A stretch of DNA of 64,000 bases, from contig NC_043024.1 of NCBI RefSeq assembly GCF_006345805.1, positions 20,199,138-20,263,137 on the forward strand. Reading direction: 5' to 3'. This document shows, one piece after another, positions 1 to 13,007 of the stretch. Made by a program: the position numbers and the translations under genes. This DNA is from Octopus sinensis (lineage: Eukaryota). Under the pieces are notes generated by a model that saw only the letters and a list, made by a program, of their open reading frames with translations, ran no database searches and had not been told where the DNA came from. The stretch's first letter is position 1; every line of letters begins with the position of its first letter.

Positions 1-3
1 TCC

Positions 4-215
4 TTGCCAAAAGATCTGAGGGATTCCCATGAAGTGGGAATAGATGTTTTCAAGAAAGAACTTGACATCATGACCAATATCAATGCAGGAAACATGACAG
101 AGAGCAGCGATGTCGAAGTCCCACCATCAACAAAAGCCAAACCTTTAGAATTGGCCAATCGAAAGGCGATTACAATGTCGGTGCACCAACATGGTCGCAC
201 CATCAAGGCCGAAAC
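4..215 (+). mobile_element. 3' end fragment of a CR1/L2-group-like LINE (continues upstream of the window)
   Basis: The translation LPKDLRDSHEVGIDVFKKELD resembles the LPxxLRxLxxVxxFKxxLD C-terminal tract of CR1/L2-type ORF2, and it runs into an (AT)n/(GT)n tract. Confidence 0.4.
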
Positions 216-244
216 ATACAAAAGAATATATACGTATATACACA

Positions 245-315
<71 letters not shown>

Positions 316-587
316 TTACACACGCAAACAAATATATATATAGGCATACATATACATAGCACACACGCGGGCACACACACGTGTGTGTGTGCATGTGTGT
401 GTGAGTGTGTGTTTATGCATACATGTATGTAAATATATATGACTAGACCCAATACCAAGATTGGGAAAGACAGTTCTCGTATGAAGATCACGTCATTTGA
501 AACAAATGCCCCAAGTGACGATTTAAAAAAAAAATTATATAAATAGAAACACACATGCACGCATAAACATATATATATATGTATATA

Positions 588-626
<39 letters not shown>

Positions 627-1599
627 CACATATAACTATATACGTGTATATATATATATGTATATATACATCTATAAAGTAGTGCGTGCCTGTATATGTT
701 TATATATATATATGTGTATTTCATATTATATGTATGGACATTAATATACATACATCATTCTTGTATACATATATATATATATATGATATACATGTATGTA
801 TTGTGTCTCTATGTATAATTCTATATATAATTCGATATATAATTCTATCTGTATGATTGTGTGTGTGTATGTATATATATATATATTTACACACACGTAC
901 ATATATAGATAGGTAGATGGATATATACATTTATATATCTATATACCTACACACATACCCTATAGTTACACACATTGTCACTCATACAAACCCACACGCA
1001 TACATACAAACACACACATATATAAGCACACACACATGCATGCGTACATGAATACATACCTGTAACCATGCACGCCTATATACATACGCACATACAGGTG
1101 ACAATACAGTTTGTCATTATTTGAATAATCAAAGCAAATACGTTTTGCACTAAAACATCTTCTTGGACTAGTTCCAATAATTGCTACCAGAGGGACAATA
1201 CTAACACGAAATAATTATTGACAAGGGAAAGATAATCCTGTAAATTAAAAATAAAATCAAAATTCGTTGATAATATATATTTTTTGTTGCTTTTCCCATT
1301 GAAAAATATATTTGATCAGACTTATGCTATAATTTTCTTATATTCTACTTCAATATTTTACAGTATGTAAATTAGATTAATATTTCATTTTGTCAGTATG
1401 TATTTGAGGTTCTGGTGGTATGTATATATGAGTTGGTGACTTGTTTGGGGGCCAGTTTGGGGGTTTTTGTGTTTGTTGTTGGTGATGTAGTCTTATGGTT
1501 ATTTTTTATTCATTACTTTGGTAAATAACTTGGAGAAAATAGTTTTTGATTCAATAAGAGCGAAATTCTGAATGGCTGCCTCGTCTATGGTAAGTATTT

Positions 1600-2380
1600 A
1601 TGTTTGTGTGTATACACGTAAGAATGAATATATGTAAGCATGTATATATGCATGCATGTATGTACATGTGTGTGTACGTACGTGTGTCAATGTAAGAAGA
1701 TATTTATGTGTACGCCTGTCTATATGTATGCATGTATGTATGTACGTGTGTATCTGTGCGTGTATGTATATGTACGAAGGCATATGTGCGTATATATGTA
1801 TGTATGTATGCATGAATGTATGTATGTATGAAGGTATTTGTGTGTTTGTGTGTGTACGTGTGTTAAAGTAAGAATGTATTTATCTGCATGATTATATGTA
1901 TGTATGCTTGTATAAATGTATGTATTTGTGTGTGTACGTACGTGTTAAAGTGAAAATATATTGTATGAATGTATGCATGCGTCTATGTAAGAATTTATAT
2001 ATGTATGTATATAGGTGCATGTATGCATGTATGTATGCATGTATGTATATATGTTTGTATCTATATGTATGTATGTGTATGTCTGTCTATCTGTATGTAT
2101 GTATGCATGTATGCTTGTGTATATATGTATGTATATATGTATGTATATATGTATGTGTATGTGTATGTCTGTCTATCTGTATGTATGTATGCATGTATAT
2201 ATGTGAGTAAGTATGTATACATGTATGTATGCGTGTACATATGTATGCATGTATGTGAACCTAACTAAATGTGTTTACGAACACATATGGATATAGGCAT
2301 ATATTCATATAAGGAAGTGTGAGTCTATGCTCATTTATACAGACACGCATTTATATTTGTGTGTGTGTGTGTGTGTGTAC
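1600..2380. repeat. Compound (TATG)n/(TG)n microsatellite tract
   Basis: Direct reading; it explains the M/Y/V/C ORFs in the track. Confidence 0.95.
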
Positions 2381-2408
2381 ATGCTAAGAATTCTGTCAGC
2401 TCGCTAAC

Positions 2409-2410
<2 letters not shown>

Positions 2411-2463
<53 letters not shown>

Positions 2464-2540
2464 TAACAATAACAATAACAACAATGATAATAATAATAAT
2501 AACAATAATAATAATAATAATAATAACAATAACAATAATA
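2411..2540. repeat. (AAT)n/(AAC)n array 5' of the R4/Dong element
   Basis: Direct reading. Confidence 0.95.
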
Positions 2541-4215
2541 ACGATCAGCCACCTTTTATATATGGATGACCTAAAACTATACGCTGCAAATGACAAACAG
2601 CTGGAAACACTATTAAAGACAGTTCATGGATTTACTAAAGAAATAGATATGAAATTTGGATTAGAAAAATGCGCCAAAGTAACCATGAAAAGAGGAAAAC
2701 TAGTTAAGAGTAACAACATCACACTAGATAAAACCAATAAAATAAAAGAATTAGACAAAAGCCAAACTTACAAATACTTAGGAATCCATGAACAAGATAA
2801 GACACAACACACACAAATGAAAGAGAAAATAAAAAAAGAATATTATAGACGAGTTAGATCAATACTAAACACAGAGCTCAATGCTAAAAACAAGATAATA
2901 GGTATCAACACTTTAGCTGTTCCAGTTATAAGTTACAGCTACAATATCCTTAACTGGACACGAAATGAACTGACCAAAATAGATAGGAAAACAAGAAAAA
3001 TAATGACAGGATCTAGGATGCATCACCCAAAATCTGAATAGAAAGACTATATATACAACGTATAGAAGGTGGTAGAGGCCTTATACAGCTGGAAAACTAC
3101 TATAAAATAACCACCATAGGACTGCAAAAATATCTACTTCAGAAGGAAGGAAAACTGATCCAGATAGCGGCAAAACACGAGCAAAACAAAAAACTGTTCT
3201 CAGTATTTAAGGAAGCTGACAAATACAAACAAGAAATCATACCACCTAATAAACATGAAGAAGAAGAAGAAGATGAAGAAACAACAAAAGCTATAAAACA
3301 AATGAAATCCAAACTAAAAATAGAACAGCAACGAACCATGATAAAACGATGGCAAGAAAAGCCCCTTCATGGTAAATACTGGACTAAACTAAACGCAAAA
3401 GAAATAGATAAAGAAAAATCCCAGCAATAGTTGAGAAGCTCAGGACTCAAAGCAGAAACAGAGGGAGTTTTAATTGCAGCACAAGACCAAAGCCTCCCCA
3501 CCAGAAATTACCAAAAACATGTCATGAAAAGAAATATTACAAGTAACTGCAGAATATGTGGAGATGGACAAGAAACAATAAATCATATTATCTCTAGCTG
3601 CCCAGTCCTGGCTAAGAAGGAATATATTCACAGACATGACAGAGTTGGAACCTACATACATTGGAAGCTATGCCAACATTATGGAATAACAACAGAAAAA
3701 AGATAGTATAGGCACACACCAGAAAAGGTCACAGAAAACGAGAAAGCAACCATACTCTGGGATATGCCGATACACACAGATAGAGAAATAAGGCCAACAG
3801 ACCAGATATAGTTGTCAGAGATCATGAAGAAAAAAAATGCTTTCTAATTGATGTATCAATACCGGCAGATGACAACGTGTCTCTAAAAGAAATGGAGAAA
3901 CTCTCAAAATACAAAGACCTGGAAATAGAGGTAACTAGAATGTGGAATCTGAAAACAGAAACAATTCCTATCATAGTAGGTGCATTAGGCATGATAAAAA
4001 AATATTCAGACAAATACATAACAAAAATACCAGGACTTACAAACACATATAACATACAGAAAATTGCACTACTAGGCACTGCACACATCCTACGCAGAAC
4101 ACTTTCCATACAATAACCATCAGAGCATCACAACAAATCACAGCACATACCCAAGGCACACAGAGCTGCGCTCGGTAGTGAAGTGAAAGCACGCTATAAA
4201 AAATAAAACTACTGA
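2541..4215 (+). mobile_element. 5'-truncated R4/Dong-clade non-LTR retrotransposon (RT C-terminal half, CCHC knuckle, RLE endonuclease, 3' UTR), inactivated
   Basis: Motifs: ISHLLYMDDLKLYA (RT), FGLEKC, YKYLGI, GGRGL, LHGKY, CRICGDGQETINHIISSC, RHDRV, ANRPDIV..LIDVSIP..KLSKYKDL (RLE), QKIALLGTAHILRRTLSIQ* (stop at 4116). Lesions: frameshifts near 3040 and 3790 and stops near 3428 and 3704. An (AAT)n tail follows from 4216. Confidence 0.93.
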
Positions 4216-4220
4216 ATAAC

Positions 4221-4255
<35 letters not shown>

Positions 4256-4295
4256 TAATAATAATAATAATAATAAAATAATAATAATAATAATG

Positions 4296-4346
<51 letters not shown>

Positions 4347-4362
4347 TAATAATATAATAATC
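4216..4362. repeat. (AAT)n tail/target array
   Basis: Direct reading. Confidence 0.95.
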
Positions 4363-4665
4363 AGAAAAAGATGAAGAAGAATCAATATTTTCAAAACTGT
4401 TTCAAACTTCGATAGAAGCATGACAATTTTAGTTTATTAATTAATTAGTTAAATTTTTAGCATAATTAGGAAAGAAATTAAATACTCATTATGAAAGCTA
4501 TACGAGAGAGGGGGGGACCTGATAAAACTAAAGACATACAATGGTTTACTTCCATAACAGGATCCACTACAAAGTGGAGCGTTTGTTCCAGAGTGATGGC
4601 TTGAGTGGGCCAATGACACCGAGAGCTAAGCTTTATCGTAAGATTTTCCATGCTAGAGAGTTTAA

Positions 4666-4885
4666 CCCTTTAGCATTCAGATTACTCTGTCAAATGTAAA
4701 GCCTGTTTTATCACATTGTTTTAAATTTATTGTACAGCATCTTGTAACTCTGGGATATTGATGATGTCCCTGTTTATTTTTAGAATGACTTTGTAGGGTA
4801 GGTGTGAGAGGTCAGAGCTGATTGGTTTGAGCATTAACCAGGTAGAATATTTTGGCCTGATATGGCCGGTTTAAACACTAAAGGG
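4666..4885. mobile_element. piggyBac-type MITE
   Basis: TTAA|CCCTTTAG ... CTAAAGGG|TTAA: TTAA duplications at 4662-4665 and 4886-4889 with CCC...GGG termini. Confidence 0.75.
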
Positions 4886-5043
4886 TTAAAGGAAAGAAGC
4901 ATGATTATAGTTGAAAAAGGATTTGGATTTTTCTAGGGCCAACAACCCTATCCAGAATAAAAGGCAGGTATAAAAGCGTTGATGAGAATTAATAAATAGA
5001 AATACTTGGGTGAGAAAGACCATCCTTCAAGGAAAACGATGTA

Positions 5044-5609
5044 TTGGGTTGTCCGGAATGTTCGTGCTGATTATTAAAGGAAATAAAAATGTCAATAAAT
5101 ACTTGCCATTATATTTTTAATCAACCAAATATGAACCATTTTGTTGCACAATGCGTCTCCATATTTCTTTTATCTTGAAAATACCATCTTCCCAGAACTG
5201 AGGTGGTTTCATGGCAAAGATTTCATCAAGGTATTTTTTTACGTCATCCAAGGAATTGAAATTTTTACCATTAAGACTATTCTGCAGAGACCTGAATAAG
5301 GGGAAATCTGAAGGAGCAATATCTGGTGAATATGGAGGGTAGGGTAACACACCCCAGCCGATCTGCAGCAATTTTCGACTGGTTCCCAAAGCATCAAGTG
5401 CCGAAAAGGAACTTTCTTATCTTCCATTTTAAAGGGTTACAAAATTAACACAGGTTATAGGAACATAAATGATATTCCACGAAAAGATGGCTTAAACTGT
5501 GCTATAAATGGAGGTGTAGTCAAATTCTATTTTATGGACTCAACCCTATTCTAAAATAAGTCGAAATGTAAGCTACTATAAATTGGCAGGAAATTTCCGG
5601 ACACCCCAA
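5044..5609 (-). mobile_element. Internally deleted mariner element with both TIRs and TA TSD
   Basis: Left TIR ttgggttgtccggaa and right TIR ttccggacaccccaa, with TA on both sides. The minus strand encodes PYPPYSPDIAPSDFPLFRSLQNSL...W..IVQQNGSYLVD*, the mariner transposase C-terminus. Confidence 0.92.
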
Positions 5610-5959
5610 TAGTACAACAGAATTGGCAAGGAAGCTGCAAGGCCGAAGCAGAGATCCAACTGGAGCGAAATAGTAGAAATAGCGCAAAGTCGAGAACAGA
5701 GGAGATGAGTTATCGATGACATGTGTGCCAAAGGCACCGAAGTGCATCATCACCAAAATTAACAGGGCACAAATGAAAGAAAATACTCCAGTTGAATAGG
5801 GCTTTGACAATAAAATGGGGACAGTTCATGTAGATGGGATGGTAAAGGATATAAAGCAATTAAATCATTATAAAGCAACCTCCTGTAGAATGACTCCCGT
5901 CTCAGAGGGGAAAAGCTGAAAGAATCATAACATCAGTTGTTCTCAACAAACCTGGTTAA

Positions 5960-6330
5960 TTGCATCTAAAAGACAGCTGAAATTCCTGCAGTATGGAAGA
6001 GAAGAGTTTTAATTAAATTATCTGAGAATAATGACATGCGTGATTGTGCGAACTGGAAGGATATTTCAATGTCAAATATAGTCTTCAAGGTGGTTTCCAG
6101 ATAAAATTTTGAGCAGAATTTAACCAAGTGTTGACAAAAGACTGCACAAGGAGTAAGGATGTTTCGGAAGAAGGACAAGTTGTGATCTTCAAAATGTTTA
6201 CGAAAGGTATTCAGTTGTTGGCAAGTGAACTGAACAGGCTATTAAGCCTAGGTTTTGTTGATTTCTTGAAGGCTTCTGGCAGAATATCCTGACTAGCGTT
6301 GGCAAGGTTAATAAGAAGATTAATGAAAAA
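5960..6330 (+). mobile_element. Old degenerate RTE-clade LINE RT fragment
   Basis: Broken frames give WKRRVLIKL..NDMRDCANWKDI..VFKVVSR, VDKRLHKE*GCFGRRTSCD and FVDFLKA, matching the RTE pattern WxxGxIxxxPKKGDLxxCxNWRGI / EQAGFRxGRSCxD / FVDFxKAFD. Confidence 0.55.
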
Positions 6331-6463
6331 CAATTTGAGTGAAATAACATCACATTTTGCAGAGTAATTTGAACAGAAAAGGGTTAAAATAGAAAACAGT
6401 AACACCTGAGAGGTTTAATATATATTGATGTTATTTCAGACAACTAAACAGTTATACGTACTG

Positions 6464-6694
6464 TATGGGGACAGGACGTCACCAGCTGTGCAAACAACAT
6501 GAAATAAGTAAAGAACCAACGTAATATAGAATGTTCGAAATGAGGAGTAGATAGACAGCCGACAACTGATGAAGGATAATTTCTCTGTGTTTTATTGTCT
6601 TGCTTTCCAATTTTTCTCTTGCAGTTTACGTATTTAACTCGTTTGTTTACGTCTTTCATGTTGTTTGCTCAGTTGGTGACATCCTGTACCCATA
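6464..6694. mobile_element. Short fold-back/MITE-like element with ~49-bp terminal inverted repeats
   Basis: 6464-6512 matches the reverse complement of 6646-6694 with about 6 mismatches. The internal segment (acagccgacaactgatgaa) recurs on the minus strand near 11290-11345. Confidence 0.7.
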
Positions 6695-6821
6695 TATACA
6701 TATATATATATTATTTCTTTATTGTTATTATTATTATTATTATTATTATTAGACATATATATATAGACCCACACACACATATATATATATGTATGTATAT
6801 ATATATATCATATATATATAT

Positions 6822-6864
<43 letters not shown>

Positions 6865-7157
6865 TTATTTATATATAATAATCATTTGAGGGAATATTAT
6901 TCCTAACTTACAGGGAAACATTCAATTTAGAAATACTAAATCAAATTTCACAAAATATAATATATATATATAAAAATTAGAAAAAAACCCCACCTTTTAT
7001 CAATTCAAAATATATGTTTTTATTATTATTTTGCAATTTACGTAATCATCGGTGTATTATTGTTACTTTAATTTTAATATTTCTATGATATGTAATTTTC
7101 TAGATGGTGTAATTTAATTGTTCATTTTGAATTGATAAAAGGTGTTTTTTTCTAATT

Positions 7158-7202
<45 letters not shown>

Positions 7203-7768
7203 GTGTGTGTATGTGTGCGTGTGTAAGAATTTAGAAAATTCAACATTGTATGGAATAATCCTTTTCTCTCCTTGGAGTTAAGGCTTTTCAAGAAAGAATT
7301 AATTATTCATATGTCTTCGAAGTCTCTAATCTCTTATGGCGTCAGTAACATATAACTCATAGCGTTAAGAATGACAAATAATGTTTCTAAAAATAACAGT
7401 GCCAGTCGCAAGAATTGTGTCACTCCAATGGTAAAAAGCATGTCATGTTCACAGGAGATACGGTTTCGTGTCCCGAAGACAACCTTCGACTTATTCTCTC
7501 CATTGACTTTTTAAATGCATTATTTATTGTAAATTATTTCTACGAGAGAATAACACAAAACTAACATGTGACTTTGGAATACTTAGCCGTATTGGTGTTA
7601 ATACAATGTGCATTTCGTCAAATTAATCAAACACGTGTGAACGCGGTGTGTTTGGGATTGGACTGACTTCAAGAAACACAAAATTCAATATATTTGGAGG
7701 AACAATTTCATTGCAGATATTGGTTTGTTGATTGGTTCACATTGACATGTTGTTTCATGTCGTGTGTG

Positions 7769-7769
<1 letters not shown>

Positions 7770-7843
<74 letters not shown>

Positions 7844-7861
7844 CCTCTATCCATCCATCTC

Positions 7862-7921
<60 letters not shown>

Positions 7922-8107
7922 ACTTATTTTCTATTTACTTGCCTATCTTTCTCTCTGTGTATCTATCTGTCTTCTCTATCGATTGCTCTATCTACGAATA
8001 CGTCTATCTACTTCTTACACTATGTCTATCGACCTGTGTGTCTATCTTTCAATCTATTGATCCCTTCACACAGCTATCTACCTGCCCGGCTTTCTTTTTT
8101 ATTCTTG

Positions 8108-8182
<75 letters not shown>

Positions 8183-8184
8183 TC

Positions 8185-8221
<37 letters not shown>

Positions 8222-8260
8222 GATAGCTATCTATCAATCTATCTATCTGTCTATCTATCT
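7770..8260. repeat. (TATC)n array
   Basis: Direct reading; source of the LSIY ORFs. Confidence 0.95.
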
Positions 8261-8262
8261 AA

Positions 8263-8783
8263 CAGTTTTCATAACAGTAATAGCTATGGCGAAAGAATGT
8301 GTGTGGTGGACGCGTTTGAAAGGCTTACAGACAAACACTTTCCTCTCTGGTCAGTCTCTCGTCAGCATTTTCAAGTACCACTTGAGAAGGAGGATGAGAA
8401 TGGAGAGGAAAGTGTTGTCGAATGAAAGTTTCAATAAAAAAGGGGTAAATGTGGCAAGAATGGTCAGTATGAAAGACAACACTATTTTAAGCATAAATCT
8501 GTAACAAAAACAGAAAACGAAAGGGCAAGTTCTTACTCTTATGTACATTTTGAACTGCCTGAGGTTACCTTGGTCTTTTTTGTAGGTTTTTCTGTCCAAG
8601 GTTACACCTAAACTGTGAACAATATCGATTACCCATCCTTTTTTGGGAACTTTATGTATTTCTTTTCCTTTTTTGTGTACACCACACAGCCCAACGATCC
8701 CTATTGATCGAACATTTTCTTTGTATGCCCCACCCATCCCACCTCGAAAAGAAAAACTCTACATTGTATTTCGTCTAACACAT
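8263..8783 (+). mobile_element. L1/Tx1-like LINE 3' fragment (ORF2 C-terminus plus 3' UTR)
   Basis: [13 protein letters not shown]...[15 protein letters not shown]...VNVARMV..TILSINL* is homologous to the longer copy at 45131-46293. It is flanked by (TATC)n. Confidence 0.75.
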
Positions 8784-8829
8784 CTGTCTGTCCATCTATC
8801 TATCTATCTATCTATCTATCAATCTATCT

Positions 8830-9050
8830 GATTACGATCCCTATTGATCAACTTTTTTTTCCTCTCCCCTTTTCTTTTTTTTCCCTCTCCCCTCCTTTTT
8901 TTTAAATCCTCCCCTTTTTTGTCCTCTTTCTTTCCTTTTACGATCCCTTTTGATCGAAAACCAACCCCCTTTTTTTTACCCCCAAAAGAAAAGCTCTACC
9001 TTGTAATTTGTTCTGTCTGTGTGCAGCCCTGTGTGGATAATAAAGAAACA
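8830..9050 (+). mobile_element. Tx1-like LINE 3' UTR-only insertion
   Basis: acgatcccttttgatcg...aaagaaaagctcta...gccctgtgtggataataaagaaac, then TATC repeats. Confidence 0.7.
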
Positions 9051-9071
9051 TATCTATCTATCTATCTATCT

Positions 9072-9444
9072 GACGAAGTCACCTTGAGCATAATCCTATG
9101 AACCCGGAAATCTAAAACAGAGGGTTACCTACTTGCAACCAAATGTGATAACATGTAACAATATTGACCGAGGTTACCGTGGCCTTTTCCGTAGGCTTTT
9201 CTTCCCACGGATAAACCTTATCTGCTTCCCCCTTTACAACCTTACATCATGACACTGTGATACACGATCCCTATTGATCGCTTTTTTTTCTTTTGTTTCC
9301 TTTCCTTTTTTCTTTTTTTTCTTCTTTCCCTTTTACGATCCCTTTTAATCGAAAACCTACCCCACGTTTTTTTTCCCCAAAAAGAAAAGCTCTATTTATA
9401 ATCTATCCCGTCTGTGTGCAGCCCTATGTGGCTAATAAAGAAAC
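9072..9444 (+). mobile_element. Tx1-like LINE 3' fragment (last codons plus 3' UTR)
   Basis: DEVTLSIIL* followed by the same UTR ending gtggctaataaagaaac and TATC. Confidence 0.7.
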
Positions 9445-9456
9445 ATATCTATCTAT

Positions 9457-9724
9457 TGTGATACACGATACCCATTGATCGTTTTTTTTCCTCTTCCCCT
9501 TTTTTCCTCTTTTTTCTTTTTTTTCCATTTTTCTTTTCTTTTGTTCCTTTTCCCTTTTTCTTTTTTTTCTTTTTCTTTTTTTTCTTTTTTTTGTTCTTTT
9601 TTCCCTTTTACGATCCCTTTTGATCGAAAACCTACGCCACCTTTTTTTTTTCTCCCCCAAAAGAAAAGCTCTATCTGGTAACTTGTCCCATCCGTGTGCA
9701 GCCCTGTGTGGCTAATAAAGAAAC
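9457..9724 (+). mobile_element. Tx1-like LINE 3' UTR-only insertion
   Basis: Same UTR motifs, with AATAAA followed by a long (TATC)n run to about 9865. Confidence 0.7.
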
Positions 9725-9836
<112 letters not shown>

Positions 9837-10711
9837 GTCTGTCTGTCTGTCTGTCTGTCTACCTATCTCATATATGTGTGCACTACCATTCCACTGCATA
9901 CATGTAAGTATGTGAATAAAAAGAGAGAGGTTATCTGCGAGTGGTAGTGTACTTACATGTAAAAGCGTGTAGGATTGAGAAATCCCAATTCCAAGTTTAG
10001 AGAATGGTTTAATTATTAATTAATCCATTAATTACGTTTACTAATTAATTAATTAATTAGGAAATTAATTTAACTATACCCAGATATATGTTTGTAAAGA
10101 ATTATATCTCCCTTTCTCCAAGAGTACCTTGCAATTCTATTATGGAAATCCACGAAGCTATATCTTATAGGAAAGTAAGTGGGAAGAGATCATGCTTGTT
10201 GTGTGATTATTGTCGGTTTCTATGCTGCGTTGCAATATCTTTTATATGTTGCTTGTTATAGTCATTGGGCTGCGGCCATGAGGCAGGACCGACTTATTTA
10301 TATGCGTTTAGTCGAACAATACTTATTCAGTAAGCATTGGTTTATATTCTATCATACATCTGTTGCTGAACCGCTAAGTTAACGGGTAGTAAATGCACCA
10401 ACACTAGTTGTCCAACCTTGTGGAGTTCTGGCAAACACACAAACAAGCACGCGCAAACACACACCACATGTATATATATATATATAATATATATATATTA
10501 TATATATATATATATTATGTGATTAATTCCGAAATTGATTCAATATAGAAATAACGAACTTTTTTTAAAAAACCCTGTTGACCAACTTTTCTTGATTATA
10601 GCTCTACGTATATTCTGTAGCGAGTAAATAATATGTGGAAATTGACGATTTAAAAGTCTATTATCAGCATATTGGCATAGAAATAATTTTCTTTAGCCCT
10701 TATTTGTAAGT

Positions 10712-10747
<36 letters not shown>

Positions 10748-10754
10748 AACCTTC

Positions 10755-10795
<41 letters not shown>

Positions 10796-10798
<3 letters not shown>

Positions 10799-10957
10799 CA
10801 GGAATGGCTGTGTGGTAAGTAGCTTGGTAACCAACCACATGGTTCCGGGTCCAGTCCCACTGCGTGGCATCTTGGGCAAGTGTTTTCTGCTATAGCCCCG
10901 GGCCGACCAATGCCTTGTGAGTGGATTTGGTAGACGGAAACTGAAAGAAGCCTGTCG

Positions 10958-11028
<71 letters not shown>

Positions 11029-11248
11029 TGTTTCTGTGTCTGTGTTTGTCCCCCTAGCATTGCTTGACAACCGATGCTGGTGTGTTTACGTCCCCGTCAC
11101 TTAGCGGTTCGGCAAAAGAGACCGATAGAATAAGTACTGGGCTTACAAAGAATAAGTCCCGGGGTCTATTTGCTCGACTAAAGGCGGTGCTCCAGCATGG
11201 CCGCAGTCAAATTACTGAAACAAGTAAAAGAGTAAAATAGTAAAAGAG
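10796..11248 (+). mobile_element. tRNA-derived SINE family A (full length)
   Basis: A-box-like TGGCTGTGTGG, B-box-like GGTTCCGGGTCCAGTCCC, internal (AT)/(GT) tract and (GTAAAAGA)n tail. About ten similar copies occur in the window. Confidence 0.9.
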
Positions 11249-11877
11249 TATATATATATATATGAAAGAAGGTTTGAAAAGAACGACCATTCATCAGTTG
11301 TTGGCTGTTTTTCTAGTCTCGTACTTCGAGCATTTAACAACAATATAGGCTTTCGATAAAACAGTTGCTCCCGCAAATAAAATTAATGAAAATTTGGGAT
11401 TTTACGGAGACTTAAATTAGGTAACACAAACAGGACAGTAAAAAAAAAAAAACAGGAACGGCTGCTAAGCTTAAACGAGGTTGTGGTGGCGAACGCGAAA
11501 ATCAAGCTTGGACAGGAGACAAACAAGAACACGTCTTCTTTGTTCCAGCTACATAAACGTTATTATTTCTAAATCTCTCAAAGAGAGATAATCAGTAACA
11601 GTTCTTTAAAGTAAAGACTTTTTGCCAACATAATGTGACTGTGCTGGATAGGACGGTTGTTACTGTTGTTTAGCCTCAGTAAACATCGTTTCCAGTTGGC
11701 TATACGACACAATATCTGTCTCCTCATATTTTCGAACAGGGGGCCCAGCACCCCTATCCAGCAAAAAGCAACATGTAACCGATTAATCTCCTTTCCTGTG
11801 CCAAAATTTAAAGCCAATACTTCTTCGATGACACCAACTTTCGATTTTAAAAGCATGTCTGTTAAAATTTGTCATCA

Positions 11878-12272
11878 TGGCTGTGTGGTAAGTAGCTTGC
11901 TAACCAACGACATGGTTCCGGGTTCAGTTCCACTGCGTGGCATCTTGGGCAAGTGTCTTCTGCTATAGCCCCGGGCCGACCAATGCCTTGTGAGTGGATT
12001 TGGTAGACGGAAACTGAAAGAAGCCTGTCGTATATATGTATATATATATGTGTGTGTGTGTATGTGTTTGTGTGTCTGTGATTGTCCCCCTAGCATTGCT
12101 TGACAACCGATGCTAGTGTGTTTACGTCCCCGTCACTTAACGGTTCGGCAAAAGAGACCGATAGAATAAGTACTGCGCTTACAAAGAATAAGTCCCGGGG
12201 TCGATTTGCTCGACTAAAAGGCGGTGCTCCAGCATGGCCACAGTCAAATGACTGAAACATGTAAAAGAATAA
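11878..12272 (+). mobile_element. SINE family A
   Basis: Near-identical to the 10796-11248 copy. Confidence 0.9.
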
Positions 12273-12661
12273 AAAAGAAGAATAATTCTGTATTAACTAA
12301 TGTTCTAAACATCAGCTGAATAATAACAAAATTATTTTCCCAAATTCTTCGTATCTTCCGAATTAATTGAAACGAAGTCAGTATTCCAACAGGAATACGG
12401 TAACAAAAGTATTAATGTGAATCTTAGTTAACACTTTCAGTAAAAATACCACGTTAATTAATATTTCTCCCACCAGCCTTATATCGAGATTTATTTTATC
12501 AAATTCTTCATTTTGCTGCAAATTAAGTGAGACAAAACTTGGGATATTTCAACAGAAATACATTTACAAAGGGGTTAAAGTGGGCAATATTGAAAGCTTC
12601 CATCAAAATTTCTTGTTAATTTCTCTTCCAAAGAATAGTTTAATAACGATAGAGTTATTCT

Positions 12662-13005
12662 ACATCATCATCATCATTGTTCGACCCTGGTCGAGACAAT
12701 GGAATTTACTATGTTACGCCAGACTTCACGGTTCATCATCGCATTACGGAGGTACTGTTGCTGGATGCCTGTATCCCTGGAGGTTACATCAGGGTAGGAG
12801 AGTGTGCGCCCTCTGGTATTGCGAGTAGATGGCTTCCAGAGGAGAAGAGTAGAGATTACCTCGTTTTCAGCTCTACAACAATGTCCAGCAAACTGGACTC
12901 TCCTACCTTTCACAAGAGATGACACAGGTGGTAGTTTCCCATATATTTGCAGTTTGGTTTGATGACTCTTCCACGAGAGATTTTGAGCTCTCATAAGGAG
13001 GCGAG
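12662..13005 (-). mobile_element. RTE-X/RTE-like LINE 3' fragment
   Basis: LSWKSH..QIYGKLP..RRVQFAGHCCR..LLLWKP..RGRTLSYPD..AMMNREVWR*, followed by a (TGA)n tail. Confidence 0.8.
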
Positions 13006-13007
13006 AG

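Noticed and set aside
3428-3706. Both premature stops in the Dong copy look like TGG to TAG changes, suggesting deaminase editing
   Set aside because: TGG is the codon most prone to becoming a stop by a single transition, so two events are not evidence of editing.
10123-10174. Possible 52-bp micro-exon (polypyrimidine-AG ... GTAAGT)
   Set aside because: There is no recognisable protein similarity or partner exon, and such signals arise by chance. RNA-seq would be needed.
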